64,000 nucleotides of DNA from Oscillospiraceae bacterium (GTDB taxonomy: Bacteria > Bacillota > Clostridia > Oscillospirales > QAMX01). The notes beneath the pieces were generated by a model. It ran no database searches. It was given only the letters and a program-made list of their open reading frames with translations, and was not told the DNA's origin. The position numbers and the translations under genes were made by a program. Below, one piece after another: positions 34,981 to 43,168 of the stretch (positions are counted from its first letter, which is position 1; every line of letters begins with the position of its first letter). Location of the stretch: NCBI GenBank assembly GCA_015068345.1, contig SVKS01000003.1:2168-66167 (forward strand), in the 5' to 3' direction.

Positions 34981-37536
34981 TTAGCTTTCAATTTTCACGT
35001 TCAGGGCTAAATCAAACAACTTTTCTGCCTCTGCTCCGGTTACACCATAATTATGGGTTCCCTTTTTTCCGGAAGAGTGATTGTAATCCATCCATATCCA
35101 AACACCATCCTGGTCATAGCCAACCGTCACCCTGCGACCCCATTGGTTGGTATATTTTTTTGTGTAGGCTGCTTTGGTTGGTTTGAATCCCTTCTTCCAG
35201 GTTCCGATTACAATCTGCCGATGATCCACATGACTAAGCATGACCCGGATAATACGGTCCCCATCAAAATCTTCCCTATGCACTTCGTATTCAGAAGGAT
35301 ATTCCACGGAAATATCCAGGCTTTCTGCCACAAGAACATATTTCCCCTCGCGACACTCTATTTCCGGAAGCCCGGTCAGTGTTCCCTTTTTCAGCGCAAC
35401 GGCAAATACCCAAACATTCTCACTGCCGCCGCCCGTACCGGCAATTTCCCCCTCTCCACCGGCGGGATACCAATGCATCAGAATCACCGATTTTCCGGTA
35501 TCCTCATGGGTATCGAGAAATACTTCCCTTACTTGACAGGAACTCTCGGTTCCACCCAGGTACAAATATAGATCATATTCCCTAAAAAACGCTTGATCAT
35601 ACCGTTGGATCAAGTACCGTTTCAAATCTACCCGCGGATCACCCTCTCCCAATTCGGGGTTGTAGGCCCCTTGAAAAGGCCAAACCCTATATTCCCCATG
35701 GGGTAGCTGTTCAAGATCGGATTCGGAGCGAATAATCATTTGCTTCGTTTCTGCTTTCTCCCACTCACTTACCAGAAGCAGACTTTCAAATTCACATGCT
35801 TCAGCTGATTCCGGTTTTTCCGGAGAACGAACCTGTAACGGTGGTTGCCACGGCCCGGTGTCCTCATACACCATATCATGCGGGCAGGAAGCAAGGCTTA
35901 CGTAACGAAAAATTTCATTGGCAATCAGCGATTTGTCCCGTGAAATATCGGGATGCAGATATCCCCCATAGCAACCGGAAGGATCTTCAAAATCCATCCA
36001 AATCCATTTTCCGTCTTTGTCCATACCCATCTCTATGTCTCCTTCCCAAAAGGTAGGAAGGCTACTGAATGACTCGGCTTCGGTTTGTATAAATCCGTTT
36101 GGATAATAACCAACCTCTGCAAAAACCTCCTCCGGGACGCCATCAAAGTAAAGCCGAAGTCCCACAAAATCAGCATCCATATAGGTTTTGAACCGATATC
36201 CGCTGTTTTCCATAACCCGGTAAGCCAGCGATACACCGTTGCCCCGGTATATTGCCGAAACGATTTCCGCATCCTCCGTCTGAGTCACCACCACATCGGG
36301 AAGCATCCCATTCAACCTTCCCTTTTCCACCTCAACAGCTACCAGCCAATCACGCATGGCCCCTTCCGAATCCCGGTACCATTCCACATTCTCCCTGCCG
36401 GATTTCCGTACCGTAATTTGCATTTCATATCGTTCTTTTTCCCAGTTCCAGTTCAGATCCGATACCGTATAGCTTCCAAGGGGATCGGCCTGGCGAATCA
36501 GGAAGAGAAACAAATCCTTCTTTTCAAAATATTCCCCGTCGTAGCTTTCGGTAAAACTTTCAAAGGAAAGAGTCGGATCGGATTCGGTGGATGCCGGATC
36601 GCCAGGCGCAAGATAGGGCCATAAAAGCATTCCATCATAAAGATCGGTATTTTTGAAATCTGCTTCGGAGGAAATCAGCACCTTCCCCATAGGATAGTCC
36701 AAAAGACCGGCTCGATATGCATCCCGGATCAGCGATCCGGTTTCGGGTGATAAGATTTCATAAAACTCTGTTTTTGCAAGCTTGCCCGGCACCTCGATAT
36801 CCTTCACAATGGTAGTTTCGGAGCCGGCAAAACTCAGTTCTCCGGAATCTCCCAACAACACTTCCATATCGGTATACAAGGTTTCTTCCATCACCTTAAC
36901 CAATGGGAATGCAGCTTCCCCTACTCCGATGATATCCTTTTCCACCTCCATGGCAATGCACCACCGGGCCGGGGCCATATTGTCTGACGTGGTGTGAAGA
37001 CATTGCAAATTCAGCTCATACCGTCCGGTTTCCATATTCAGGGTAAAATCCAATAGTTCGGGACGGTTTTGGCCCTGCCCAAGGTTGATTTGAAACAACA
37101 GCAAATCGTGGTCTACAAAGAATTCCTCCGGATAACGAGATGCCACCACATCAACAAATGATCTTCTCTCTCCGTTGCTTTCAAAAGTCAGGGAGGTGTA
37201 GTATTCCAGCTCGCTAAACGACGCTTCGTTCCGCACCACTGTTTCCGCCGCCGCAGGAGATGGCACGCCGGTATCGATTCCTACATAATATTGCTTTTCC
37301 ACCGCCTGTAAAACCGAATTTTCTCCAACGTCAGCAATCCGCCATGCATACCCTTGGTATGGCACCATACTCTGAAGGGGTTTTGGGGAAACCAGATTCT
37401 CCACGTGGACGTCCTCTGTGTTATTTTCTTCCTGTTGTATCTCACTCTGCACTTCGGTGGTAGTATATCCACATCCTCCCAAAAGCAGGATTGCTATTGT
37501 AAACAGAATCCCGATCCATATACTCCTTTGCTTCAC
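34981..37536 (-). CDS. 851-aa multi-module lipoprotein of the tandem family (module order D1-D1-D2-D1-D2)
   Basis: GTG start. Signal peptide with lipobox LLLGGC|G. Three copies of the FF-x-x-x-DL-x-L ... EVEKG-type module and two copies of the GYD/DKDG-x-W-x-WMD[FY]...SG module. Confidence 0.7.
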   Translation of the reverse strand: MKQRSIWIGILFTIAILLLGGCGYTTTEVQSEIQQEENNTEDVHVENLVSPKPLQSMVPYQGYAWRIADVGENSVLQAVEKQYYVGIDTGVPSPAAAETVVRNEASFSELEYYTSLTFESNGERRSFVDVVASRYPEEFFVDHDLLLFQINLGQGQNRPELLDFTLNMETGRYELNLQCLHTTSDNMAPARWCIAMEVEKDIIGVGEAAFPLVKVMEETLYTDMEVLLGDSGELSFAGSETTIVKDIEVPGKLAKTEFYEILSPETGSLIRDAYRAGLLDYPMGKVLISSEADFKNTDLYDGMLLWPYLAPGDPASTESDPTLSFESFTESYDGEYFEKKDLFLFLIRQADPLGSYTVSDLNWNWEKERYEMQITVRKSGRENVEWYRDSEGAMRDWLVAVEVEKGRLNGMLPDVVVTQTEDAEIVSAIYRGNGVSLAYRVMENSGYRFKTYMDADFVGLRLYFDGVPEEVFAEVGYYPNGFIQTEAESFSSLPTFWEGDIEMGMDKDGKWIWMDFEDPSGCYGGYLHPDISRDKSLIANEIFRYVSLASCPHDMVYEDTGPWQPPLQVRSPEKPESAEACEFESLLLVSEWEKAETKQMIIRSESDLEQLPHGEYRVWPFQGAYNPELGEGDPRVDLKRYLIQRYDQAFFREYDLYLYLGGTESSCQVREVFLDTHEDTGKSVILMHWYPAGGEGEIAGTGGGSENVWVFAVALKKGTLTGLPEIECREGKYVLVAESLDISVEYPSEYEVHREDFDGDRIIRVMLSHVDHRQIVIGTWKKGFKPTKAAYTKKYTNQWGRRVTVGYDQDGVWIWMDYNHSSGKKGTHNYGVTGAEAEKLFDLALNVKIES

Positions 37537-37557
37537 GCCCTTTTCCCCCTGTCTTTT

Positions 37558-38592
37558 TCAGTTTCCAAGTTCCGCTGTCAATACGACCTCCAAAAGGTTG
37601 ATCGCTTCGATTCCTGTGACTCCGTAGTTCATTGCCGCATACTTCCCCGTGGGGTGCATAAAGTCAACCCAAAGCCAGTCCCCCTTGAAGTCATACCCAA
37701 CCCGAACATTGTTCCCACCATGAGTTGCTATTTCTTCGACCCTAATCGCCGGATCCAGGAAAAAGCCGTCCTTCCAATATGCCACTTCCGCATAGCAGGC
37801 ATGTTTTGTAACGTCCCCATCCACAATCCATTGGTCGACCATAACTCTCACTCCCCAATGCCATGTATCGCACAAAGATTGAACACCCTCATATCGATCG
37901 GTTTCCAGTTGTACACCATAGGGCCCGGAAAAATAGCAGTTTCCATGCTTATTATAAGCAACTTCCAACTCAATTCCCGGCAAATACTCCTTCGGCAAAG
38001 CCCCCTTCTCCACGTCCAATGCAAAAAGCAACATTTTGGAATATTCTTCCTCAATGTCCTGGGGTTGATGGCAAAGAACCCGAAGGATACTTTGTCCCGT
38101 TACCGGGTCATGGGTAAATTCTGTGGGTTCATAGCGAACTTCATTGGAACGAATCTCCACCAAAAAAAGCAGCAAGTCCTTTTTTTCAAAATAATCTTCG
38201 TTATATTTCTGTGTACATATCTCGTCAAACCCGATTTCGGGAGAGTTTTCCACCGAGTGCATGGTAGAATAATCAAAAAAGTTAACGACCCCCGCCTCCA
38301 AATAATACGGAACGGTTTGAAGCTCCTCCACAGTACTCAAAATTACCGTACCTTGATTGGCTTGATTGAGCGCATTCCATTTTCCATGAAAAACCTTCAT
38401 GAAATAACAACTTTTGGTATAGGATATGTTCACCGGCTCAGCTTGGATTTCACTCCCCGAAGGTTCCGCGACCTCCTCTAAATTGGATTCGGGTTCCGCC
38501 GTTGTTATGACTTCCGGTGCTTCTGCATTTTCACATCCCCAAAGGGTCAGCAGGAGCAATATACCAAGCACGAACGACATCGTATTTTTCAT
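37558..38592 (-). CDS. tandem-family lipoprotein, type A (copy A2)
   Basis: MKNTMSFVLGILLLLTLWGC|E lipobox. YFEKKDLLLFLVE, LLFALDVEKGAL, VRVGYDFKGDWLWVDFMHPTGKYAAMNYG, C-terminus LLEVVLTAELGN. SD AGGAGTGAGGAGG. Confidence 0.7.
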   Translation of the reverse strand: MKNTMSFVLGILLLLTLWGCENAEAPEVITTAEPESNLEEVAEPSGSEIQAEPVNISYTKSCYFMKVFHGKWNALNQANQGTVILSTVEELQTVPYYLEAGVVNFFDYSTMHSVENSPEIGFDEICTQKYNEDYFEKKDLLLFLVEIRSNEVRYEPTEFTHDPVTGQSILRVLCHQPQDIEEEYSKMLLFALDVEKGALPKEYLPGIELEVAYNKHGNCYFSGPYGVQLETDRYEGVQSLCDTWHWGVRVMVDQWIVDGDVTKHACYAEVAYWKDGFFLDPAIRVEEIATHGGNNVRVGYDFKGDWLWVDFMHPTGKYAAMNYGVTGIEAINLLEVVLTAELGN

Positions 38593-38601
38593 ATTACCTC
38601 C

Positions 38602-39648
38602 TCACTCCTTTCTGGGTCCAAGTTCTGCCCGAAGTACATAAGGCAGTAAAATCCGGGAATCCATACCGTCGGACCAACTATTTACTGCACCATAGCAGCC
38701 CGATACGTCCCGGAAATCCACCCATTTCCATACTCCTTTTGCATCATATCCCACCACTACTACCCGTCCGTCGGATAGGGTCATCTCCTGTTGCATTTCG
38801 GCTGGTTCGGGTGAAAATCCATTTTCAAAATAACAAACCCTGGGATTGCTTTCGGCAAACCACCCATTAATCAAAACCCCATATTCGCCGGCCGTTTCAT
38901 CAGCAAGGGGTTGAACATCCCACGAATGCTCGTAGCTCATCTGTATGGATACCCCATGCTTACCATCCGCTGTATATCCCTCTGCCGTGTAGGGAAGATT
39001 TACATGGGCTCCCCTGATTACGAAGGGTTGGAGACCCTCTCCGTTGTCCATAAGTCCCTTTTCCACGGAAATTGCCATTAACCAGCTTCCGGTTCCCGTA
39101 TTATACCCCCAGGAATCACTTTCTGTATTGATATACACCTCGTAAGAAGCACTTTCCGGGATATAAAGAAATTCTGCAACACGAACATCAAAGGATCCGC
39201 TCCCGGCATACGCAGGAATCAGGAATAAATCTTTTGTTTCAAAAAACAATTCATCATACCCCTCTTCATCCAGGGCCTGCACCGAAAACTTTGGAATGCT
39301 CTCCCAATCCCACTCTCCCTCTGCCTCGTAATTCGGATCCCACACCAGCACGTCCTTTGACCAAAACAAATTTTTCAGTTCTTCCACCGAGTGGATGACC
39401 ACCGGGTCATTATCCCAAAAGTCGCTTCCGTTCACCAGGTAGCTTTTCGCTTCAAATTCCATCGGCACTCGGAGGGGAACCACTTCCGATTCACTTTCCG
39501 GCTCATTCTCACTTTCAATGGAAATACTATCGCTCTCGCTTTCCTCTTCAAATGTGATCTCACTTGTAACTACCTCGGCTTCGGTGCCGCAACCCGCAAG
39601 GGTCATCACCAAAAGCAGCAGCCAGGCGAGCCATCGTCCCTTTCCCAT
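38602..39648 (-). CDS. tandem-family lipoprotein, type B (copy B2)
   Basis: AUG at 39648 (SD AAAGGAGAGGGAGA). MGKGRWLAWLLLLVMTLAGC|G lipobox and acidic EEESESDSISIESENEPESESE linker. FFETKDLFLIP, WLMAISVEKGL, VVVGYDAKGVWKWVDFRDVSGCYGAVN. Confidence 0.7.
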   Translation of the reverse strand: MGKGRWLAWLLLLVMTLAGCGTEAEVVTSEITFEEESESDSISIESENEPESESEVVPLRVPMEFEAKSYLVNGSDFWDNDPVVIHSVEELKNLFWSKDVLVWDPNYEAEGEWDWESIPKFSVQALDEEGYDELFFETKDLFLIPAYAGSGSFDVRVAEFLYIPESASYEVYINTESDSWGYNTGTGSWLMAISVEKGLMDNGEGLQPFVIRGAHVNLPYTAEGYTADGKHGVSIQMSYEHSWDVQPLADETAGEYGVLINGWFAESNPRVCYFENGFSPEPAEMQQEMTLSDGRVVVVGYDAKGVWKWVDFRDVSGCYGAVNSWSDGMDSRILLPYVLRAELGPRKE

Positions 39649-39701
39649 TCTCCCTCTCCTTTCATAATTGTTTCTTTTTCGGGGCAGAGTAAATGTCTTT
39701 T

Positions 39702-40790
39702 TCAGTTTCCAAGTTCCGCTGTCAAGACGACCTCCAAAAGATTTTCCGCATTGCTTCCCGTGGCTCCATAGTTGATGGCTGCATACTTCCCAGATGGATG
39801 CTGATAATCCACCCAAAGCCAGTCTCCTTTGGCATCATACCCCACCCGAACAGTATCCCCCTCCGGGGTCACTATTTCCTCTTCCTTGAAAGCAAGCTCC
39901 AGGAATAGCTCATCCTTCCAGTATGCCACCTCCACGTAGCAGGTATGGTAGGTCGCCCCATCACTACTTTCACTCAAAGACTGATTGGCAAGTAAAATGA
40001 TCCCCCAACGGAATTCGTGGTACATAGTATAAACCTCATAAAGATAGTTCGATATTGCAACTCCATGTTCCCCGGCATAGTAGTGATTTTGGAAGGGCGT
40101 GTAGCTGATTTCCACAACCGGAGTAGGGAATGCCGCCCGGTTTTCCCCTGAGAAAACACCCTTTTCCACCTCGATCGCAAAAAGCCATCGGTTCCGGTCA
40201 CTTTCCTCATTTGGCACCGGACGGTGCAGTAGTAAATCCAATTGCCACCCTCCGTTTTCTGGCTCTTCGGTCAAACCCACCATTTCATATTGAGATGCCT
40301 CCTGTCTGTTTCCCATCCAAACCAGAAGCAAATCATGGGTTTCAAAAAAGGAATCGGTAAACTTTTGATTCCAAACATCCAGAAAAGCAACATCCCGTAG
40401 CTCCTTATTGGGCTGAAAGGGAGCAATGTAACCTTCAACACGGGCAAGGGTATATACCTCGTAGTTCATAATTTGATCTGCGGAGGTAATAACCACCGGA
40501 TCGCCGGGATTCTTTTTTTCACTGCTTTCGTAGTATCCGCTATCGCCCCTGTGCCACATGCGATAACTGTGACAGATGTACTCCAATTTCCGGGGCATTG
40601 TTTCGGGCTCGGGCTGACTTTCCAGTTCTTCGGACGCTTGCTCCGTTTCGCTCTCTTCTACCGGAACCCCTTCGTTTTCGAGTGGCAGGATCTCTTCCTC
40701 AATTGACTCTACACCGCAGGCACAGTTCAAAGTCAGCAACAATCCTAAAAATACAACAAAGCACCCTTTTTGAAAAAACATACATTTCAT
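39702..40790 (-). CDS. tandem-family lipoprotein, type A (copy A1)
   Basis: AUG at 40790 overlaps the upstream stop (ATGA); SD GAGGAGGTGGGG. LLLTLNCAC|G lipobox. FFETHDLLLVWMG, WLFAIEVEKGVF, VRVGYDAKGDWLWVDYQHPSGKYAAINYG, C-terminus LLEVVLTAELGN. Confidence 0.7.
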   Translation of the reverse strand: MKCMFFQKGCFVVFLGLLLTLNCACGVESIEEEILPLENEGVPVEESETEQASEELESQPEPETMPRKLEYICHSYRMWHRGDSGYYESSEKKNPGDPVVITSADQIMNYEVYTLARVEGYIAPFQPNKELRDVAFLDVWNQKFTDSFFETHDLLLVWMGNRQEASQYEMVGLTEEPENGGWQLDLLLHRPVPNEESDRNRWLFAIEVEKGVFSGENRAAFPTPVVEISYTPFQNHYYAGEHGVAISNYLYEVYTMYHEFRWGIILLANQSLSESSDGATYHTCYVEVAYWKDELFLELAFKEEEIVTPEGDTVRVGYDAKGDWLWVDYQHPSGKYAAINYGATGSNAENLLEVVLTAELGN

Positions 40791-41824
40791 TCTAACCCCA
40801 CCTCCTCTGAAACAACACCAATATCGGTCCGTAACACAGTTTGGAACCATTCTCTGGCTTCTATGGGTCTCAATCCTTCGTTGGTCGCTCCGTAGCACCC
40901 TGATACATGACCAAAATCCATCCATAACCACGTACCATCTTCATCATATCCAACCGTAATAACCCGTCCATCGGAAGCTTGTAGCGTTTGCTTTTTGAAA
41001 GCGGCAGGCGGCTCAAAACCATTTTGATGATATGCAATTTTGACAGTTCCCTGGTACCAGTAAGCATTATAAATCAGGCCATACGTTCCCGATGTTTCAT
41101 CCTTCCAGGGTTCGAATGCACCCGACAATACCCGAACACCGTTTATTCCATCCGGTGATTCTCCATATATCATTTGATCCACATTCACGTGTACAGCTTG
41201 AATACTATAGTTTTTTTCCTTCTTCGATGGATTCAACAGACCCTTTTCCACCTCCAAAATCCCGAGCCATACTCCAACATCTTCCGTCACTGCAAAGTAT
41301 TTATTTTCCGTTCGAAGATTGACTTCGTAGGAATCGGATTCCGGCACGTACATAAAGTCGGTCACGCGTACGGTATACATGCCGCTTCCCGTCGTGGTCG
41401 GAATCAACAGCAAATCGTGGTTTTCAAAAAAAGTCTCGTCATATTGATTTTCTCCCAGTGATTCCACCGAAAAGAAAATGATATCTTCCCAGTTTTCTAC
41501 ATTTGCCTGTTTCTCGTAATCCCAAAGGAACTCCTCCTTGCCCCAGGCTATGGTTTGAAAATCTTCCACCGACCGAATCAACACCGGATCTTCGTTATAA
41601 AAATCCCCCCCGCTCACGCGATAACTTACCGTTTCAAAAGGGAGTGCCACCCGAGGAGGGTTCGATTCACTTTCCGCCTCATTCTCACTTTCAACGGTAA
41701 TACTATCACTCTCGCTTTCCTCTTCAAAGACAATCTCACTTGTGACTACCTCGGCTTCGGTGCCGCAACCCGCAAGGGTTATCACCAAAAGCAGCAGCCA
41801 GACGATCCATTGTCCTTTTCCCAT
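40787..41824 (-). CDS. tandem-family lipoprotein, type B (copy B1)
   Basis: AUG at 41824 (SD GAAAGGAGTGGGAAA). MGKGQWIVWLLLLVITLAGC|G lipobox and acidic linker. FFENHDLLLIP, WLGILEVEKGLL, ITVGYDEDGTWLWMDFGHVSGCYGATN. Confidence 0.7.
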   Translation of the reverse strand: MGKGQWIVWLLLLVITLAGCGTEAEVVTSEIVFEEESESDSITVESENEAESESNPPRVALPFETVSYRVSGGDFYNEDPVLIRSVEDFQTIAWGKEEFLWDYEKQANVENWEDIIFFSVESLGENQYDETFFENHDLLLIPTTTGSGMYTVRVTDFMYVPESDSYEVNLRTENKYFAVTEDVGVWLGILEVEKGLLNPSKKEKNYSIQAVHVNVDQMIYGESPDGINGVRVLSGAFEPWKDETSGTYGLIYNAYWYQGTVKIAYHQNGFEPPAAFKKQTLQASDGRVITVGYDEDGTWLWMDFGHVSGCYGATNEGLRPIEAREWFQTVLRTDIGVVSEEVGLE

Positions 41825-41888
41825 TTTCCCACTCCTTTCACGGTTGTTTCCTTTTTGGGGTATATCGCCCCATAATACTCTTGGTCCC

Positions 41889-41917
41889 ATGATAGCACAA
41901 GTGTTGCGTTCTGTCAA
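41889..41917 (-). promoter_or_regulatory. sigma-A type promoter of the five-gene lipoprotein operon
   Basis: Minus strand: TTGACA (41917-41912), 17-nt spacer, TATCAT (41894-41889). It lies between the malic-enzyme terminator and the B1 start. Confidence 0.6.
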
Positions 41918-41936
41918 GATTTTGGTCAAATTGATA

Positions 41937-41968
41937 ACAAAAAGAGGTTTGCAAGCCTGCAAACCTCT
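41937..41968 (-). terminator. rho-independent terminator of the malic enzyme gene
   Basis: agaggtttgca-agcc-tgcaaacctct (11-bp stem) with a T-run on the minus strand. Confidence 0.75.
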
Positions 41969-41988
41969 TCCGGATATTCACTTTTTAT

Positions 41989-43158
41989 TTATTTCCTGGC
42001 AATTCCCTGTTTTCTTGCGGTTTCTGCCACGGCATTGGCTACCACCTGGGCAACCCGCTTGTCCAGAGCGGAGGGAATGATGTATTCGGGGGAAAGTTCC
42101 TCCTCCGGGATCACTGCCGCAATGGCTTCGGCGGCGGTAACCTTCATTTCCTCGGTAATGGCACGGGCTCTGACCGCCAGGGCTCCCTTGAATACCCCGG
42201 GGAATACCAGCACGTTATTGATCTGGTTGGGGAAGTCGGAGCGACCGGTGCCCACCACAGCGGCACCTCCCGCCAGGGCTTCCTCCGGCATAATCTCCGG
42301 CACGGGGTTTGCCATGGGGAACACGATGCCATTCTTCATGCTGGCTACCATCTCCCGGGTAACAAGATTCGGACGGGAAACGCCGATAAACACGTCGGCC
42401 CCCACCATGACCTCTGCCAGGGTACCGGTCTCCCGGTTGACGTTGGTGATCTCCGCCATTTCGGCCTGGACGGGATTCATCCCCTCCACCCCCGGACACA
42501 GGGCTCCAAACAGGTCGCAAAGCACGATATTACCAAACTCCATGCGAAGCAGCAGACGGGCAATGGAGATTCCCGCCGAACCTGCCCCATTGATGACGAT
42601 TTTGACCTTTCCCTTCTCCTTCCCGGTAACCTTCAGGGCGTTGATCAAAGCCGCCGCCACCACGATGGCGGTGCCGTGCTGATCGTCATGGAACACCGGA
42701 ATATCACAGACCTCCTTCAGCCGCCGCTCCACCTCGAAGCAACGGGGAGCAGAAATATCCTCCAGATTGATACCCCCAAAGCTTTTGGAGATCAAGCGGA
42801 TGGTTTCCACCAGGGTGTCCACATCCTTGGAATCCACACAGATGGGGAAGGCATCCACCCCGCCAAATTCCTTGAAGAGGGCGCATTTTCCCTCCATCAC
42901 CGGCATCCCCGCCGCCGGACCGATATCCCCCAGGCCCAGTACCGCCGTGCCATCGGTGATCACCGCCACCAGGTTCCCCCGGCGGGTCAGGGCGAAGGAT
43001 TCCTCCTCGTCCTTTTCGATGACCCGGCAGGCTTCGGCTACACCGGGGGTATACAAGAGGGACAGATCGTCCCGGGTTTCGATGGATTTACGGGAAATGA
43101 CTTCGATTTTCCCTTCCAGCTCCCGGTGGAGTGCCAGGGAGCGTTCATTCAGTGTCAT
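41989..43158 (-). CDS. NAD(P)-dependent malic enzyme (oxaloacetate-decarboxylating, short form)
   Basis: LSLLYTPGVAEAC, VITDGTAVLGLGDIG, FGGINLEDISAP, VINGAGSAG blocks. AUG at 43158 follows AAGGAGAAC. Confidence 0.88.
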   Translation of the reverse strand: MTLNERSLALHRELEGKIEVISRKSIETRDDLSLLYTPGVAEACRVIEKDEEESFALTRRGNLVAVITDGTAVLGLGDIGPAAGMPVMEGKCALFKEFGGVDAFPICVDSKDVDTLVETIRLISKSFGGINLEDISAPRCFEVERRLKEVCDIPVFHDDQHGTAIVVAAALINALKVTGKEKGKVKIVINGAGSAGISIARLLLRMEFGNIVLCDLFGALCPGVEGMNPVQAEMAEITNVNRETGTLAEVMVGADVFIGVSRPNLVTREMVASMKNGIVFPMANPVPEIMPEEALAGGAAVVGTGRSDFPNQINNVLVFPGVFKGALAVRARAITEEMKVTAAEAIAAVIPEEELSPEYIIPSALDKRVAQVVANAVAETARKQGIARK

Positions 43159-43168
43159 AGGGTTCTCC

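Noticed and set aside
38160-38200. A7/T7 homopolymer tracts inside lipoprotein genes as phase-variation switches
   Set aside because: The tracts are short and encode the conserved YFEKKDLLLF motif (Lys/Phe codons). No longer tracts or dinucleotide repeats occur in promoters or 5' ends.
37354-38481. 375-aa plus-strand ORF across the lipoprotein array, and similar ones at 35053-35571, 36085-36624 and 39391-39771
   Set aside because: The minus-strand frames have SD sites, signal peptides, lipoboxes and paralogue conservation. The plus-strand frames have none of these.
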